A stretch of 60,097 nucleotides of DNA, counting the filler. It is 5 parts of 5 records of this genome, joined end to end, with 100 filler letters (N's around TTAATTAATTAA, not from the genome) between each part and the next. Parts side by side here need not be neighbours in the genome. Positions count along the whole stretch, not along the records: positions 10,874 to 29,492 come from DRR378314_1866; positions 29,593 to 36,116 come from DRR378314_1867; 3 more parts are not named here. One strand, written 5' to 3'. Numbering within the stretch: the stretch's first letter is position 1; each line of letters begins with the position of its first letter. The translations under genes were made by a program, and so were the position numbers. Of the stretch, positions 22,201 through 33,600 are shown in pieces. The notes beneath the pieces were generated by a model. The model saw only the letters and a list, made by a program, of their open reading frames with translations. It did no database searches and had not been told where the DNA came from.

Positions 22201-24961
22201 CGCAACGTTCCCCGCAAGCTTTTTCGCAATAGGGGAAGCGGCACCATGCACGTGGGGGTTCTTGCTGTGCGCTACGATTGTGCAGAGAAACATGATTTCC
22301 TTCCTTGCACACAAACATACCCTTGCGAAAGCGCGACAGGCAAACATGTCAAACGTGGAGATTTTCGTCGACTTTCCTCTTGCGCATTGCGCGCGTAGCT
22401 CGCGACCTTCTTGCGCGTGCGGATATCTTCCAGATGGCGCAACGCGAGCGCCTCAGCATCCCCGCTCGTGTACGAAGCATTGCCAAACCATTTCCTACAG
22501 CGGCAGTGCACGTGCAAAGGCGACGCTTTGCTCCACCGCAAACGTATCACTCCGAAAATAGGCTAAAATCAAACATTGGTCATCCCAACGCAAAGTCATT
22601 CCGCAGAGGTGTATCCGAGAATGATCCATCTTCCCGCGGGCCAGGTGCGTCTTCCGCGAAGAGTGGCGCGATTTCGTATCGCTGTGCTTATGCTGCACGG
22701 AATAGGTAGGCGGCAGGCACGGCTAACAACTCCCCACAACAGTATACACTGTCCCACTACATGCCGTTTGTTGTGTATCTCTACGTGACAGGGCAGGGGA
22801 AACCGTGTTCGCTGAGGGCGCGTCTGCTCTAGCCCCCACCCTGCCGCAGCTTGCGTGGCCCCCCCCGCGGTGTACTTTCAGACGCAAATTCGGAGAGGGG
22901 GTTGGTGTGCGTACGTTTCCTCATTTCGCTCTATCAAATCCTTTTTTCGCTCGTATGCGTCCTCTCCCACAACGCAGAATATCTTTTCAACTCTTTTTCA
23001 TCCAGTGCTTCTTCTACGGTTGGGTCAACTGGACTGCAACAGCTGACACTCTCTTCTGCGGGAACTTCATGTGTGTTGGCGGAGGCGGCACGCACTGTAT
23101 CGGCGGCGCGAATGAAAGCGACCGCACACCTCTCGAGCGAGAATCGATAGCGCCATGCCAATTACAGCAGGAAAAGAACGCACGTGGTGCGGTCCACCGA
23201 TTCTTTCCTGGAGAGATCATGAAGAGTGAAGCTGTACGTTGCACTTGTTTCATAAGCTGGGACGCGCCTACGCGTTGCTCGTGCTCGTTCCTCCTTCCGC
23301 TGCCGCTGCCTGCAGCGACAGACGGGAACGCCAGCACTTCGACCTCGAGTTCGTTTGCGCGGTCACGAGCCAGGTACGTGAGCGAAGATCTCCCCTGCAT
23401 ACACCAAAAGAACTTTGATACTATTCGCAAAAGAGCGGTAGGGCTGCGAAAGTGAAGAGTCTCGACGCATTCTGCGCGCATTCTGTTTCGCTCTCTTCAA
23501 GAGCTGCACCGGTACTGAGAACTGGGTGACAATGTCCAGGCGTCCTCACAGGAGCGAATTTTGAGGACTTGGTCATCCGTCCCTCCCCTAGCTCGTTCCA
23601 TCACAATTATCGGCACGGACAGCGAGATTGTCACCAAGTCTCTGCCACGCTTCATTATGTTGATACACTGGGAATGAAATCTTGCAGCTGGGATGAGACG
23701 TCGTGGAAACTGAGGCGCAGGCAAGCTTCGATGCTGCTCGATATTCCGCGCGCCGGAGAGGCGCAGGAACGCGACATTGTGAGTGAGTTGCCCACTCGTG
23801 GGCTTGGCAAGGTATGCTGCCGTATTGCTACCTGGTGACTCTTACATTCCATCGGAGTCGCACCGCTACGTAAATTGTCGTGTTTTGCGAACAAATCATG
23901 TAGATTGTGCGAAATCGGCGCACTCTGTGCATGAACGGTGGGACTCCGGCGCAGGTACTAAAATAGTGCTTGCCCTTTCGCGGTCTTGCCGCGACGGAAC
24001 GCGGCGCCAACCGGTTCCATGTGTCCGGTGTTGCTACTGCTCCTATAAAGAAAGTATGAAAGCTGCCTCGCACATGCGAACATGGTGCATTTCCGTGTGA
24101 TGAACTATTCCTGGAAAATTTGTGGCACCCACACGTCCAGGCACAGACGGCATGCTATTCTGTGATACGGTTGTCATGTTTGTTTATGTTTCAAAAATTA
24201 CACAGGAGATTCAAGAATCAACTGTGGCGCTTCATCCACGTCGGCGGAGTGATACACGCACCAAAATATTGCATTCGCATCCGGAGGGAAGTCCTTTACA
24301 GGTACGTCGTACCCAAGTTTGAGACGTGCAACAAATAACAACAGCTAAACGCGCTCGTGTGCATCGTGAACTCATTCAAGTGCTACCGGCTCAGCACGCG
24401 CGACGGGAGGCGCCGCGTGTAGGTATAAGCGCCCGGCAATCTGCGCGAGTGCACACCTTTGCCCTTTTCTGTTCTTCCACTGTCTCACTCCAATATATGA
24501 GTCGTTTACAATATCATTGTATTTCACAGGACTTTATGCGGAACCAGCGGCGTGTTCATTGGGAAAGCGAGGACACTCTGTCCGCCAGCAAAGGCGGCGC
24601 GCAGGAGCTCACAGGCGACGAGCATGAGAATCTTCTCGTACGAGCTTTCGACTCCGCTATAGGGCCACCGAGTGAGTTCCCCACGCCCACTATTGTGGCA
24701 GAGCGAAGCCCGTCCGCGCCGCACAGTCGGCGGCGGTTGCCACCGGAAAGTCCGATGCAAGCCTTTGTCCGTGAAACACTCGGCGATGTCATGCAGCCGC
24801 ACATAATATTTGGAACTGGCGCTGTCGGTGGCGAGCGAGGAGTTGCTCGCGCACCCGCCGACGCACAGGCGTACAAGCACGCACCGCGCTCAGCGCGCGA
24901 AACGGGCTCGCCAATTCGTCTGCGTGGGCTGCTGATGTCGGATGCGGACCTGTCCGATTAG
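19241..24961 (+). CDS. Spliced NEK/NIMA-related Ser/Thr protein kinase (kinase exons 19241-19394, 19946-20151, 20466-20639, 20851-20910, 21429-21533, 21896-22034; C-terminal tail exons to 24961)
   Basis: LGKGAYGIVF, YALKQI, ITKYYDSF, HRDVKSENIFL, KLGDLGVAK, TMVGTPLYLSPE, SDMWALGC, CLDRDPTRRPS join in frame across GT..AG introns; tail exons less certain. Confidence 0.88.
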
Positions 24962-25245
24962 CACGCGTGCCGCTCCGCTCCGTGCATTCCCGTTGGCCTT
25001 GCCGCGCGCCGGGGGCCGGGGGCGGGCTTCCAGAGAGCTCACGGGGAACATTGCGAGCGGCGCATGTGTAAAGCGCGTTCCCGCATCGTTCACAATACAA
25101 AACAGATCCAACAGCTCCGAATGCAAGATTGCTTACGTGCCACCTACCTACTCGTCGATGCGCAGAGGATTGATGAGAGAAGCAGTCCCGTGATTCTGAA
25201 AAAAGCCCATGTATTCGCGCGCGCACGAACTCCCAGTACCTGCGC

Positions 25246-28200
25246 CTACGTGGAGGGGTTCGCGCGTCGCGTAAACCGAATGAACGTAAACAGAAAATTA
25301 TACAAGCCGACAAATCCGCGCTTCTTGAGATACTCTAAAAAGTCAAACTTGAAGCGATCGCGGATCATCTTTGGATGCAGTTCGACCTGCCGCGCACTGC
25401 TCAGGCGCTGCTCCAGCCCGTGCAAGAAGCGCCACGCCAGAGGCGCAAACGCAGCCGAATGCGTGAGCGATAGCGCGTAGTTCATGTCTGTGAAACGCAG
25501 CGCCTCCTCCAGCTCGGATGGCAGCGCGAATCCGAGCGACTCCTGTGCGTCGCGATGCTTCGTGTACACGAGATTCCGCCACAGCGCATTGCACATGTCC
25601 AGGATGAACGAGTTGAACGTCGAAATGCGGTCGAGCCCGTTCTGGAAGGAGAGCGTCTGTGTCGCCAGGACTTGATCACCTGCAGCTTTCAGGCGGTCAA
25701 ACTCTTCGCGATAACGCGCAAACACTCCACACAGCCGCGACACACCAAACGCACTGCCAGCAAGAAAGCAGCGATAGACGATGGCAGTCGACGGCGGGAA
25801 CACAAACGGGAGCTGGTGCGCCGTATGCATCGTGCACGCAAACTCGAAAAACGACAGCACCGCATGCTGCACCAGCGGATGGTTTCTCTCCGCCTGCAGC
25901 GCAAGAGCTCCGAGCTGGTCCGCAAACGCCATGATTTCGCGCATGGTTGCATAGTGGTTAATCGCCGGATCCACCGGCGCATACAGCTCGTACGGCTGCC
26001 GCGGCCCGCTCGGCGCGCCTTCCTCGCGTCGCGCGAGCACCTTCTTCCAGTCCACATCGCACCAGTTTCGCAGCATGCAGGTGATGCACTGGATCAGTTG
26101 CGCACGGAAGGGCGCGCTGCCAGACAGGAACAGTCGATTCAGAGGCTTCAGAACGTGGATGTACACGTCTTCGTACGCCTGCGGCCGGAGCCACTGCAGC
26201 GCTGCAAACACGTCTGCGGCCACCGAGGCCCGCCCGTCCCACAAGCGCAGATAGCGCAGCAAGAAAGCCTCGACGCCCTGCACGCGGCGGCACACAGCGT
26301 AAGCGCCACAAGGAAAGCAGAAAACGAGCACCCAGAGCAGTATCCCTGCGTAAGAAGTTATCGCACTGACAAAGGAGAACCGAAACCGCTGCCTGCAGCG
26401 GTCGTGTAGCTGAGCGCGCGCTGCCGGCAGAGTCTACCGCGCAATCCGCAGCTGGATGCAGCGCGCCCAGTGTGCTCTGCTCGCGCACGGAGCTGCCGTC
26501 GATCAGCGTCGCATCGGGTGGGTGCCGGCACACTCGCCCTTTCCCTTCGTACAAAGCCATAGGTACATACCGGCGGCAGCTCGTGTAAATGCTCCGCAAG
26601 GAGAGCCACGCCACGCAGCAGCTCGTGCTGTGCGGGAGTCGTGCGAGACCCACTCGATCCCGCCCAGAAGAACTCCTCTTCCAGCGCAAAAGCGAGGTAG
26701 TGCGAAGCGCGCGCGAGGGCGCCCTGCATCCGACGAAGCAGGCGCCCGCGCAGTTAGCATCGATCGGAGCGTTGGAGGAAGCATCGGACCGGGCCTGCCT
26801 TGCATGTGCGCAACGTGGGCAGTCATCACCCAGTCGTAGTTGTATCGCTACATACTGTCGCCAGTTCACACCAAGCCGGTATAGTACCCCCCCCCAAAGG
26901 AAGAGACGAGAAGACAACGCAGAAGGAGCGCGTTCCTGCCCGTGCCATAGCACGGGCGCACACACACTCTCTCTCCCACCCAAGCAGTAACGGCCACGGA
27001 GCTCTCGTGGCCAAGAACGCGTCGCATCCATTACGCGAGCGATGCGTGCTGGACAAGCCGCGGTGCGAATCACGCACGCGGCTGCGCATCATCGAAGCAC
27101 ACCTGGTGCGGCCGGAGAGAGACGGCGTGGCGCAGGAAGCGCGTTCGCAGAATCGAAGCGAGCTGATCGGGGAGCGCAAGACGGTCGAGGGCGAGAACGA
27201 GCTCATCGATGGAGCTGATTTCTTCAATGGCGACAGCTCGATCCATAGCTGCAGCCCGGTCACAGGAAACAAGCGCATCGAACCAGCGATCAGCATGCGC
27301 GTCCGCGGCGAAACCAGTGGCTTGAGGCTATCGCGACAGCGCGCACGAGGACATTGCAATGTCTAGTAGCAAACAGGCCCAACGTCGTGATACACAACAG
27401 CTGGTTACGCAATTCGCGCCGAGAGCGCACGCGCGGGCAAAACGATGCATGGTGCAGCAGTACACAGTACCACAGCGCAGCGGTGCAATGCACGGCGAAC
27501 CTGACGTCATTGTCGTTTCTGCGGCTGGAATAACGCTGGCCGACGTCCGCTGGCGCTTGTGTCTGTGCTTGGGCTCGTTCGTTTTCGTCTGCACGTACGA
27601 GAGGTGACACGGCGTAACCATGCAGATCGACGTGCTTTGTTCAATCCACGCTGCCTTCCGTCTGCTGTTCCATCGCGTGAATCCAATTTTCTATACAACA
27701 TCAAATATACCAGGCAGCTGCCAAGTCGCCTCTTGTAGGGAAGAGTTCAGCGAATAATAATAATAATAGAGCGATGGCGCACGAACGAACCTGCTCTTGC
27801 ACAGAGAACGGAAGCAGCGCACTTCGCACGCGCTCCGGGTTGTACGTGCGTTGGATAAGCGCAATGAGATCACGCATTCGCCTGCGTACAAATCAGCACG
27901 TCGCCCGAGAAGCACAGCGCCGGCGAGATGCAACAAATCAGCGGGTGAAAACTCACAACAAACTCCTAATAACGCTGACAAACGGAAGACCTCGCCCAGA
28001 ATCGAGTAAGGTGATCGCTTTGAAAAAAAAGACAGAGAGGCATGGACAGGCACGATGCCACGACGATGCACGCGCCAACGTCCTTCTGGTAGGGCGAACG
28101 AAGTATGTGCGTGTTCGTTTCTGCACGTTCGCGAGCGCTACGTTGTGCCACTTTCGCTATCGGCAACTGTTCCACCCAGCCACGGGTATCTGGCGGTACC

Positions 28201-29463
28201 GCAGCGCGCGCAAGTCAATAGCGACTGCTAATGCCAAAGCAAAGCAATGCGATCGAAACGACGAATAAACTACCACAATATAGATTGGGAAACACTCCAA
28301 AGTCGAGACATCACCGCGAAATGCGAGTGGTAACCCTCTTTTACTTAGCCAAAGTTTAGGGCTCAGAAGCACAGGCGATCAGGGACTTACCGATCGGGAA
28401 CGCGAAAGAACTGACGGCCGGTCACCTTGCGGTGCTTCAACACCGTAATGTCGCGGCGATATCCACGGTATACCATTAGCAACGCCAAGAGCCACGGTTC
28501 AGAACCGACGCGTAAATAGAGTTGGTAAAGGCGACGAACACGGAATGGTTTTGCATCTTCGCGCCGCGTGAGACGGTACAGCAGGTTGCACAGGAACGGG
28601 CGCAGTGTCTCGTAGTCGATGTAGTGCAGCAGCAGACCTGGACGCGGGACACAGCGCCGATATGGCGAACACAGCGGTCGTTGCAGTGCGCGTCATTCGC
28701 CGTCTTACGCAGTAATTATGCATTCTATTATCGAGTGGATTCCTCGCGGAGGCAGCGCGGAGTGCGCCAACGATCGTCGCACGCAATGATGAGTGCAACG
28801 GACGCAAAACAGGTTCGTTTGTGACCGCGCGCACGAGCACGAGATCGAGTCTTGTCAATAGCGTCTTCCAGGCCACCACCATAGAGACAGCATACAGGTT
28901 TTAGCGGAGTACTGCATGTGTACTGGTAGACTGGCGTACCATAAAGAGCATGCAGAGGACGAAGGTCGTCGATGAGATCGTACACAATTACGAGCCATTT
29001 CAGCACCAGCGCGCGTAGCGGAACCGTCATCCCACCGAATCCTCCCAGCAGCGTGACGACCGCACGGGAGGGTACGGTGTTGCGCGGAATAAGGCAGCGG
29101 ATGATGCGTGTCGCAAGTCGCACGTCTGCGTCGCGTCGGCATCGTAACGAGTCGTGATAGCAGGGTGGAACGCGTCAGCTCTTGCACCCTTATAGACCTC
29201 AGCCTCCGGCGCGACTGTCTCGCGTGGGAAGCGTATCGTGAGTGACGCGCGCGCGCGCGTCGCGGAATGTCGCTCATCCCTGACGCAGGCGCGGCCCTAA
29301 CCCATGCGCATTGGTACGCGGCTTAGAGATGGTTACGGTGTCCTGTCCTCACGAACGTACCAGTGTCGGTCTCTGCGGCGATATCAGACAACGTCGCAAT
29401 GAGATCGGGCATCACTCCATGATGCGTAGCAAAGTCCTCGAGCTGGACGAGAGCAGACTCCAC
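25246..29463 (-). CDS. CENPI: Spliced centromere protein I (CENP-I/Mis6/Ctf3) homologue, 5' end missing at contig edge
   Basis: Exons 29463-29361, 29125-28940 (RIIRCLIP...LKWLVIVYDLID), 28637-28391 (LRPFLCNLLYRLTRREDAKPFRVRRL), ~27100-27250 (IEEISSIDELVLALDRLALPDQLASIL), ~26570-26720 and final ~26278-25246 (FLLRYLRLWDG...MLRNW); these blocks follow the CENP-I/Mis6 pattern in order. Confidence 0.85.
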
Positions 29464-29492
29464 CTACGCATTCACGAGTCCAGTTCCGGCAC

Positions 29493-29592
29493 NNNNNNNN
29501 NNNNNNNNNNNNNNNNNNNNNNNNNNNNNNNNNNNNTTAATTAATTAANNNNNNNNNNNNNNNNNNNNNNNNNNNNNNNNNNNNNNNNNNNN
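29493..29592. other. Artificial contig-joining spacer
   Basis: N-run + TTAATTAATTAA + N-run. Confidence 0.98.
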
Positions 29593-29970
29593 CTCTCAGA
29601 GCTTCCTGGACCTACTCGTCGTGGTCGTTGTCTATGTCACGCGCGATGTAATGACCCGGAGATGATCGCCAATGCCTCGCGCGGCGGGTTAGGGCGCAAA
29701 AGCGGTCATAAGCAAGTCGACCATTCCTGCCAAAGGCCTGGATTCTGATCCAATTAGAATAAGACGCTCGACCTTCGCAAACCCTCAGCTTCAGATTCTC
29801 ACTCTCTTTCCGCAATCTTGCCGTTAATAGGTATTTTCCCGCGCTTTGACCCTTTCGCTGCTCGCCTGTATTTCGAATTGCACACGAAGCAAGGAGCTGG
29901 TCCATGGACATCGTCGCACCGACCCGCGACTACCGCCGCTTTTTTTGCAGCGCAGACATAGGGAGATCAT

Positions 29971-30462
29971 ATGTTTGACTATACCGCCCTAGATGGCAAA
30001 GACGCGACGCCGAGCGACGTGAATCAATTCGTGCGACTAGTGACGCACGGCGGCGCCGTTAAAGAGCATTTCGTCCGCCAAGGCGTCCGACACGATGGCG
30101 CGAAACTGGTGTTTGCACGGAGCGAAGAAATCACGGTCGGGGTCGCCGCGCTCAAAGTCCCGGCCATGACTTACCGTAACGGTATTGCGCGCGCCTCCAA
30201 GTCCGGCCACCCGCTTCCAGCAGATCAATATCCATTCGAACTCGGTTATGTTGCCGTTTCTGAGGCTCATGGCCAACGCGGCATTGCAAGCACTTTAATC
30301 TCACAGGTCATTGAACTCGCCAAAGGAAGCGGCCTTTTTGCGACCACGTCCAACCCGGCGATGATGGGCACGCTTTTGCCGCGCGCAGGATTTAAACGGG
30401 TTGGAACATCCTGGCTAAATGACGACGATGAACAATTGCATCTATACATTTTAGATCAATAA
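29971..30462 (+). CDS. GNAT-family acetyltransferase
   Basis: ELGYVAVSEAHGQRGIASTL acetyl-CoA motif A, NPAM...RAGF motif B; RBS GGGAG upstream. Confidence 0.8.
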   Translation: MFDYTALDGKDATPSDVNQFVRLVTHGGAVKEHFVRQGVRHDGAKLVFARSEEITVGVAALKVPAMTYRNGIARASKSGHPLPADQYPFELGYVAVSEAHGQRGIASTLISQVIELAKGSGLFATTSNPAMMGTLLPRAGFKRVGTSWLNDDDEQLHLYILDQ

Positions 30463-30645
30463 CTACGCCTGGTTTTCTGGCAGTGGCTAAAACCCAACAA
30501 AACGCCATTGAACCGATGGAGCTTGAACTTGCGATGCCTGGAGATCTTTAAGCCGAGGTGGTCACGTTGAAAGAACGAAGGAGCAACATTATCTCTCGTC
30601 TTGATCCAATTTGATATCTGGCAAGAGGTGCCCACCGCATTTTTC

Positions 30646-33600
30646 ATGACGAGCGAGACACAATATCCCCTTTCCCCTGACCCGAAGCGGCAGGCGGCGC
30701 ATATTGTCAGCGCGTTTCGCTACCAGCTGATGGAAACCGCCATAGCCTGGATGACCCTGCCGGAAGAGGCGAACCTCCTCATCGAAATTTTCGAAGACTT
30801 CGATATCGAAACGCCAGACGGCGCGACCGAACTGACCCAAGTCAAACACAGCGTTAGCGATCGCGCCCTAACCCTTGCCAGCAACGCCGCACGTGACGCC
30901 CTGACCAATTATTGGAACACCAGCCGCGCCGGCGAAGTCTCTGGCGTATCGCTCATCGTCCATACCAATATGCCCATCGGCTCTGAACGCGGCGCCAGCC
31001 TGCCGGATGACGCGACCGGCATCTCCTATTGGCAGGCCGTTAAAGACGGCGCAGATAGCGGCCCGCTCAAAGATCTCCTCATCGCAAGCCTGCCAGAGGG
31101 CGACTTGAAATCCTGGCTCGCAAGCGATCCGCCCGATGCGGCGCTTCGCGCCCGATTGATTGACCGCGTCTCCTGGAAAACAAGCCAGCCCAGCGGCGCG
31201 CCGCAGAACGCGCTTCTGGTGGAACTGATCGCTGGGCGCCTTGCCGCGCTTGAATTGCCAGTCGTCCTGGCGCCGCGCGTCGCCGGAGCCATTATCGAGC
31301 GCATCGGCATGGTCGCCAGCGAAACCGATCCGAGCCTTCGGCGCCTAACCCTCGCCGACCTCCACGCCTTCTTACATGAACTGAGCCGCCCCGGTCAGCC
31401 AGGCCATGAGCCCGCCTGGGCCCGGGCAAGCTGGACGGTCCCAGTGGACGAGACCGAGCTTCCCGCCCTGTGCGCTGGCCGCGACTCGCTGGTCAGCGCC
31501 TTGTCAGGGACACTAAACGAGACAGGCGCGCTCTGGCTGCATGGCGCCAGCGGGACCGGCAAATCCACGCTTGCTCAGCAGGCCGCGCGCGCCGGTGCTG
31601 ACAACTGGCTCGTCATCGAATTCAGAGACCAGGTCAAACCAAGCGACATCCTTCTTCGGCTCGACCGCGCCTATACGGACGTTGTACTAACTGATCGGGT
31701 TGGCGGCGTCATTCTCGATGATCTGGATGCTGACTTTGTCGCCCAGCACGCCGCCCGTTTTGGACGTTTTATCAAATGGATGGCGGCGCGCGGCGCCCGC
31801 GTGATCGTTACTTCAGCAAGACCCCTCAGCCCGGCGGCGCTCCAGTCCGCCAGTCTGCCACCCGACGCGCTCAAAGACGCGCCTTATCTGACCCAGGACG
31901 ACGTCACGCAACTCGTCTCGCAAACCAGCGCGCCGCCCGACATGACCGAGGCTTGGGGCCTCTTCATTCATCTCTCAACCTCAAGCGGCCATCCGCAATT
32001 GGTTGCCGCCAAAGCGGTCTCGCTCGACCATCGCGCCTGGCCCAAAGAGGCCTTAACAGAAGACATGTCCGGGACCCCGAGCGATGCCGTCGAGCTCACC
32101 CGCACTGAGGCGCGCCGGCGACTTTTAAATGACGCAACCGGTGAGGGCCGCGCGCTCTTAAAACGCCTTGGCTGCATCATGTTTAAATTTGACCGCGCCT
32201 CCGCCATTGCCGTGGCTGCCCTTGACCCGCCCATTGAAGACGCATCGGCCAGCCTTGACCTGCTCACTGGTCCCTGGATCGAAAAGTCGCCGACCGACCC
32301 TGGATATTTACGCCTATCGCCGCTGCTCACCGGTTTGCAGCAGGATCTCGGTGAAGACACCATTCAGCAAATACAAACCGGGTATCTGGTCGCTAGGATC
32401 AAACGCGGCGCGATCCCCTATGAAGCGCTGGATTCTGTCTTCTGGACCGCTTTTCTCGCCAAGCAGGGCTGGTTCTTCACCAAGTTCTTCGAAAGCTCAC
32501 TCTCTTTTGATGAGGAGAAGAGCAAAGCCATTGCGGTGAGGCTCGGCGGCCTTGTCTATCTCACCACCAATCGCCCTCTGTTCCCGGACGATCCCGGCAC
32601 GTCGCATATCTTAAGGCTGTTGCAGATCGACACGGCGGCGCTCAATGGCGAGAAAACCCTGTTCCAGCCAATCGCCATCGCCGCCATGCGCGAAGCCATG
32701 GAGATCGAGCATGATGAGCTGAAAGAAGCGTTCAGCCTGATGGCGCTGATGAAGATCCTTCTCGCCCAAGGCGCGAAGCTGGATTGGGGCTTGCGCCTGT
32801 CTTACATCGCCTATTTTGAAGCCCTCGCCTATAAAAACCCGGACTTGGTCAATCGACACCGCGGCGCAGTCTTCGACGCAATGCAGGCCGAATTTGGCGA
32901 AGCCGCCGACACACCGGGCTTTATGCTGAATGTCGGCGTCTCAGCGATTGAAAACCCGGCCGAGTTAAGAACCCTTTTCATCGCGCTCGATGCGCTCGAT
33001 TCAGCGCTCCGTACGCAGAGATTGGCGCAGCTTAAAGCCTTCTTCAAAACTTACGGTTTGCATATCCAGTCAGCCTGGGCGCGTGCCTGGTCGGCGGGCA
33101 AGCTCGACGCCGAAGCGGCGATCTCAGACTATGAAGAGATGGCGACCCTGGCGGCGCGCTGGTCTGATGAAGATCTCATCGCCGAATGCGTCATCGCCCA
33201 ATCCGTCCTCTGGGATGAAATGCAAGACAACCGTCCAAGGGCCATGCAAGTGGTCGACGCCGCACTTGAGGCCCTGCCAGATCATCCAGAACTGTTACGG
33301 CAAAAGGCTAAAGTCCATGGGCATGACCGTCAATATGACAAAGCCCGCGCTATTCTCGAGCAGATCCGGCCCCGCACCGATGACAGCTCCGACATTGAGC
33401 GCATGTACGCGCTCAAAGAACAGGCCGTCGCGACCGCCAATCTTGGCGATACCGACGCTGCACGCGTGCTATTTCTGGAGGCGGCCGCCGCCGCAGAAGC
33501 GGTAGAAGAAGATGTTGGCTCCATGCGCGCCCATGCCATTGCCCTGCGGGCTGAAGCGGCCATGTGTTCCTGGCGAGACGGCGCGTTTGAACCGGCGCTG

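Noticed and set aside
27753-27768. (AAT)n and other short simple repeats or homopolymers in the eukaryotic contig
   Set aside because: Ordinary intronic microsatellites.
10874-29492. Dozens of short overlapping Arg/Cys/Ala-rich ORFs; possible horizontal transfer of eukaryotic genes into a bacterium
   Set aside because: They are intron, antisense or off-frame products of a GC-rich eukaryotic contig that is separated from the bacterial DNA by artificial spacers.
29612-29911. 99-aa minus-strand ORF upstream of the GNAT (possible antitoxin)
   Set aside because: No RHH/HTH or other motif visible and it spans degenerate repeat-like DNA; a GNAT toxin-antitoxin pair cannot be supported.
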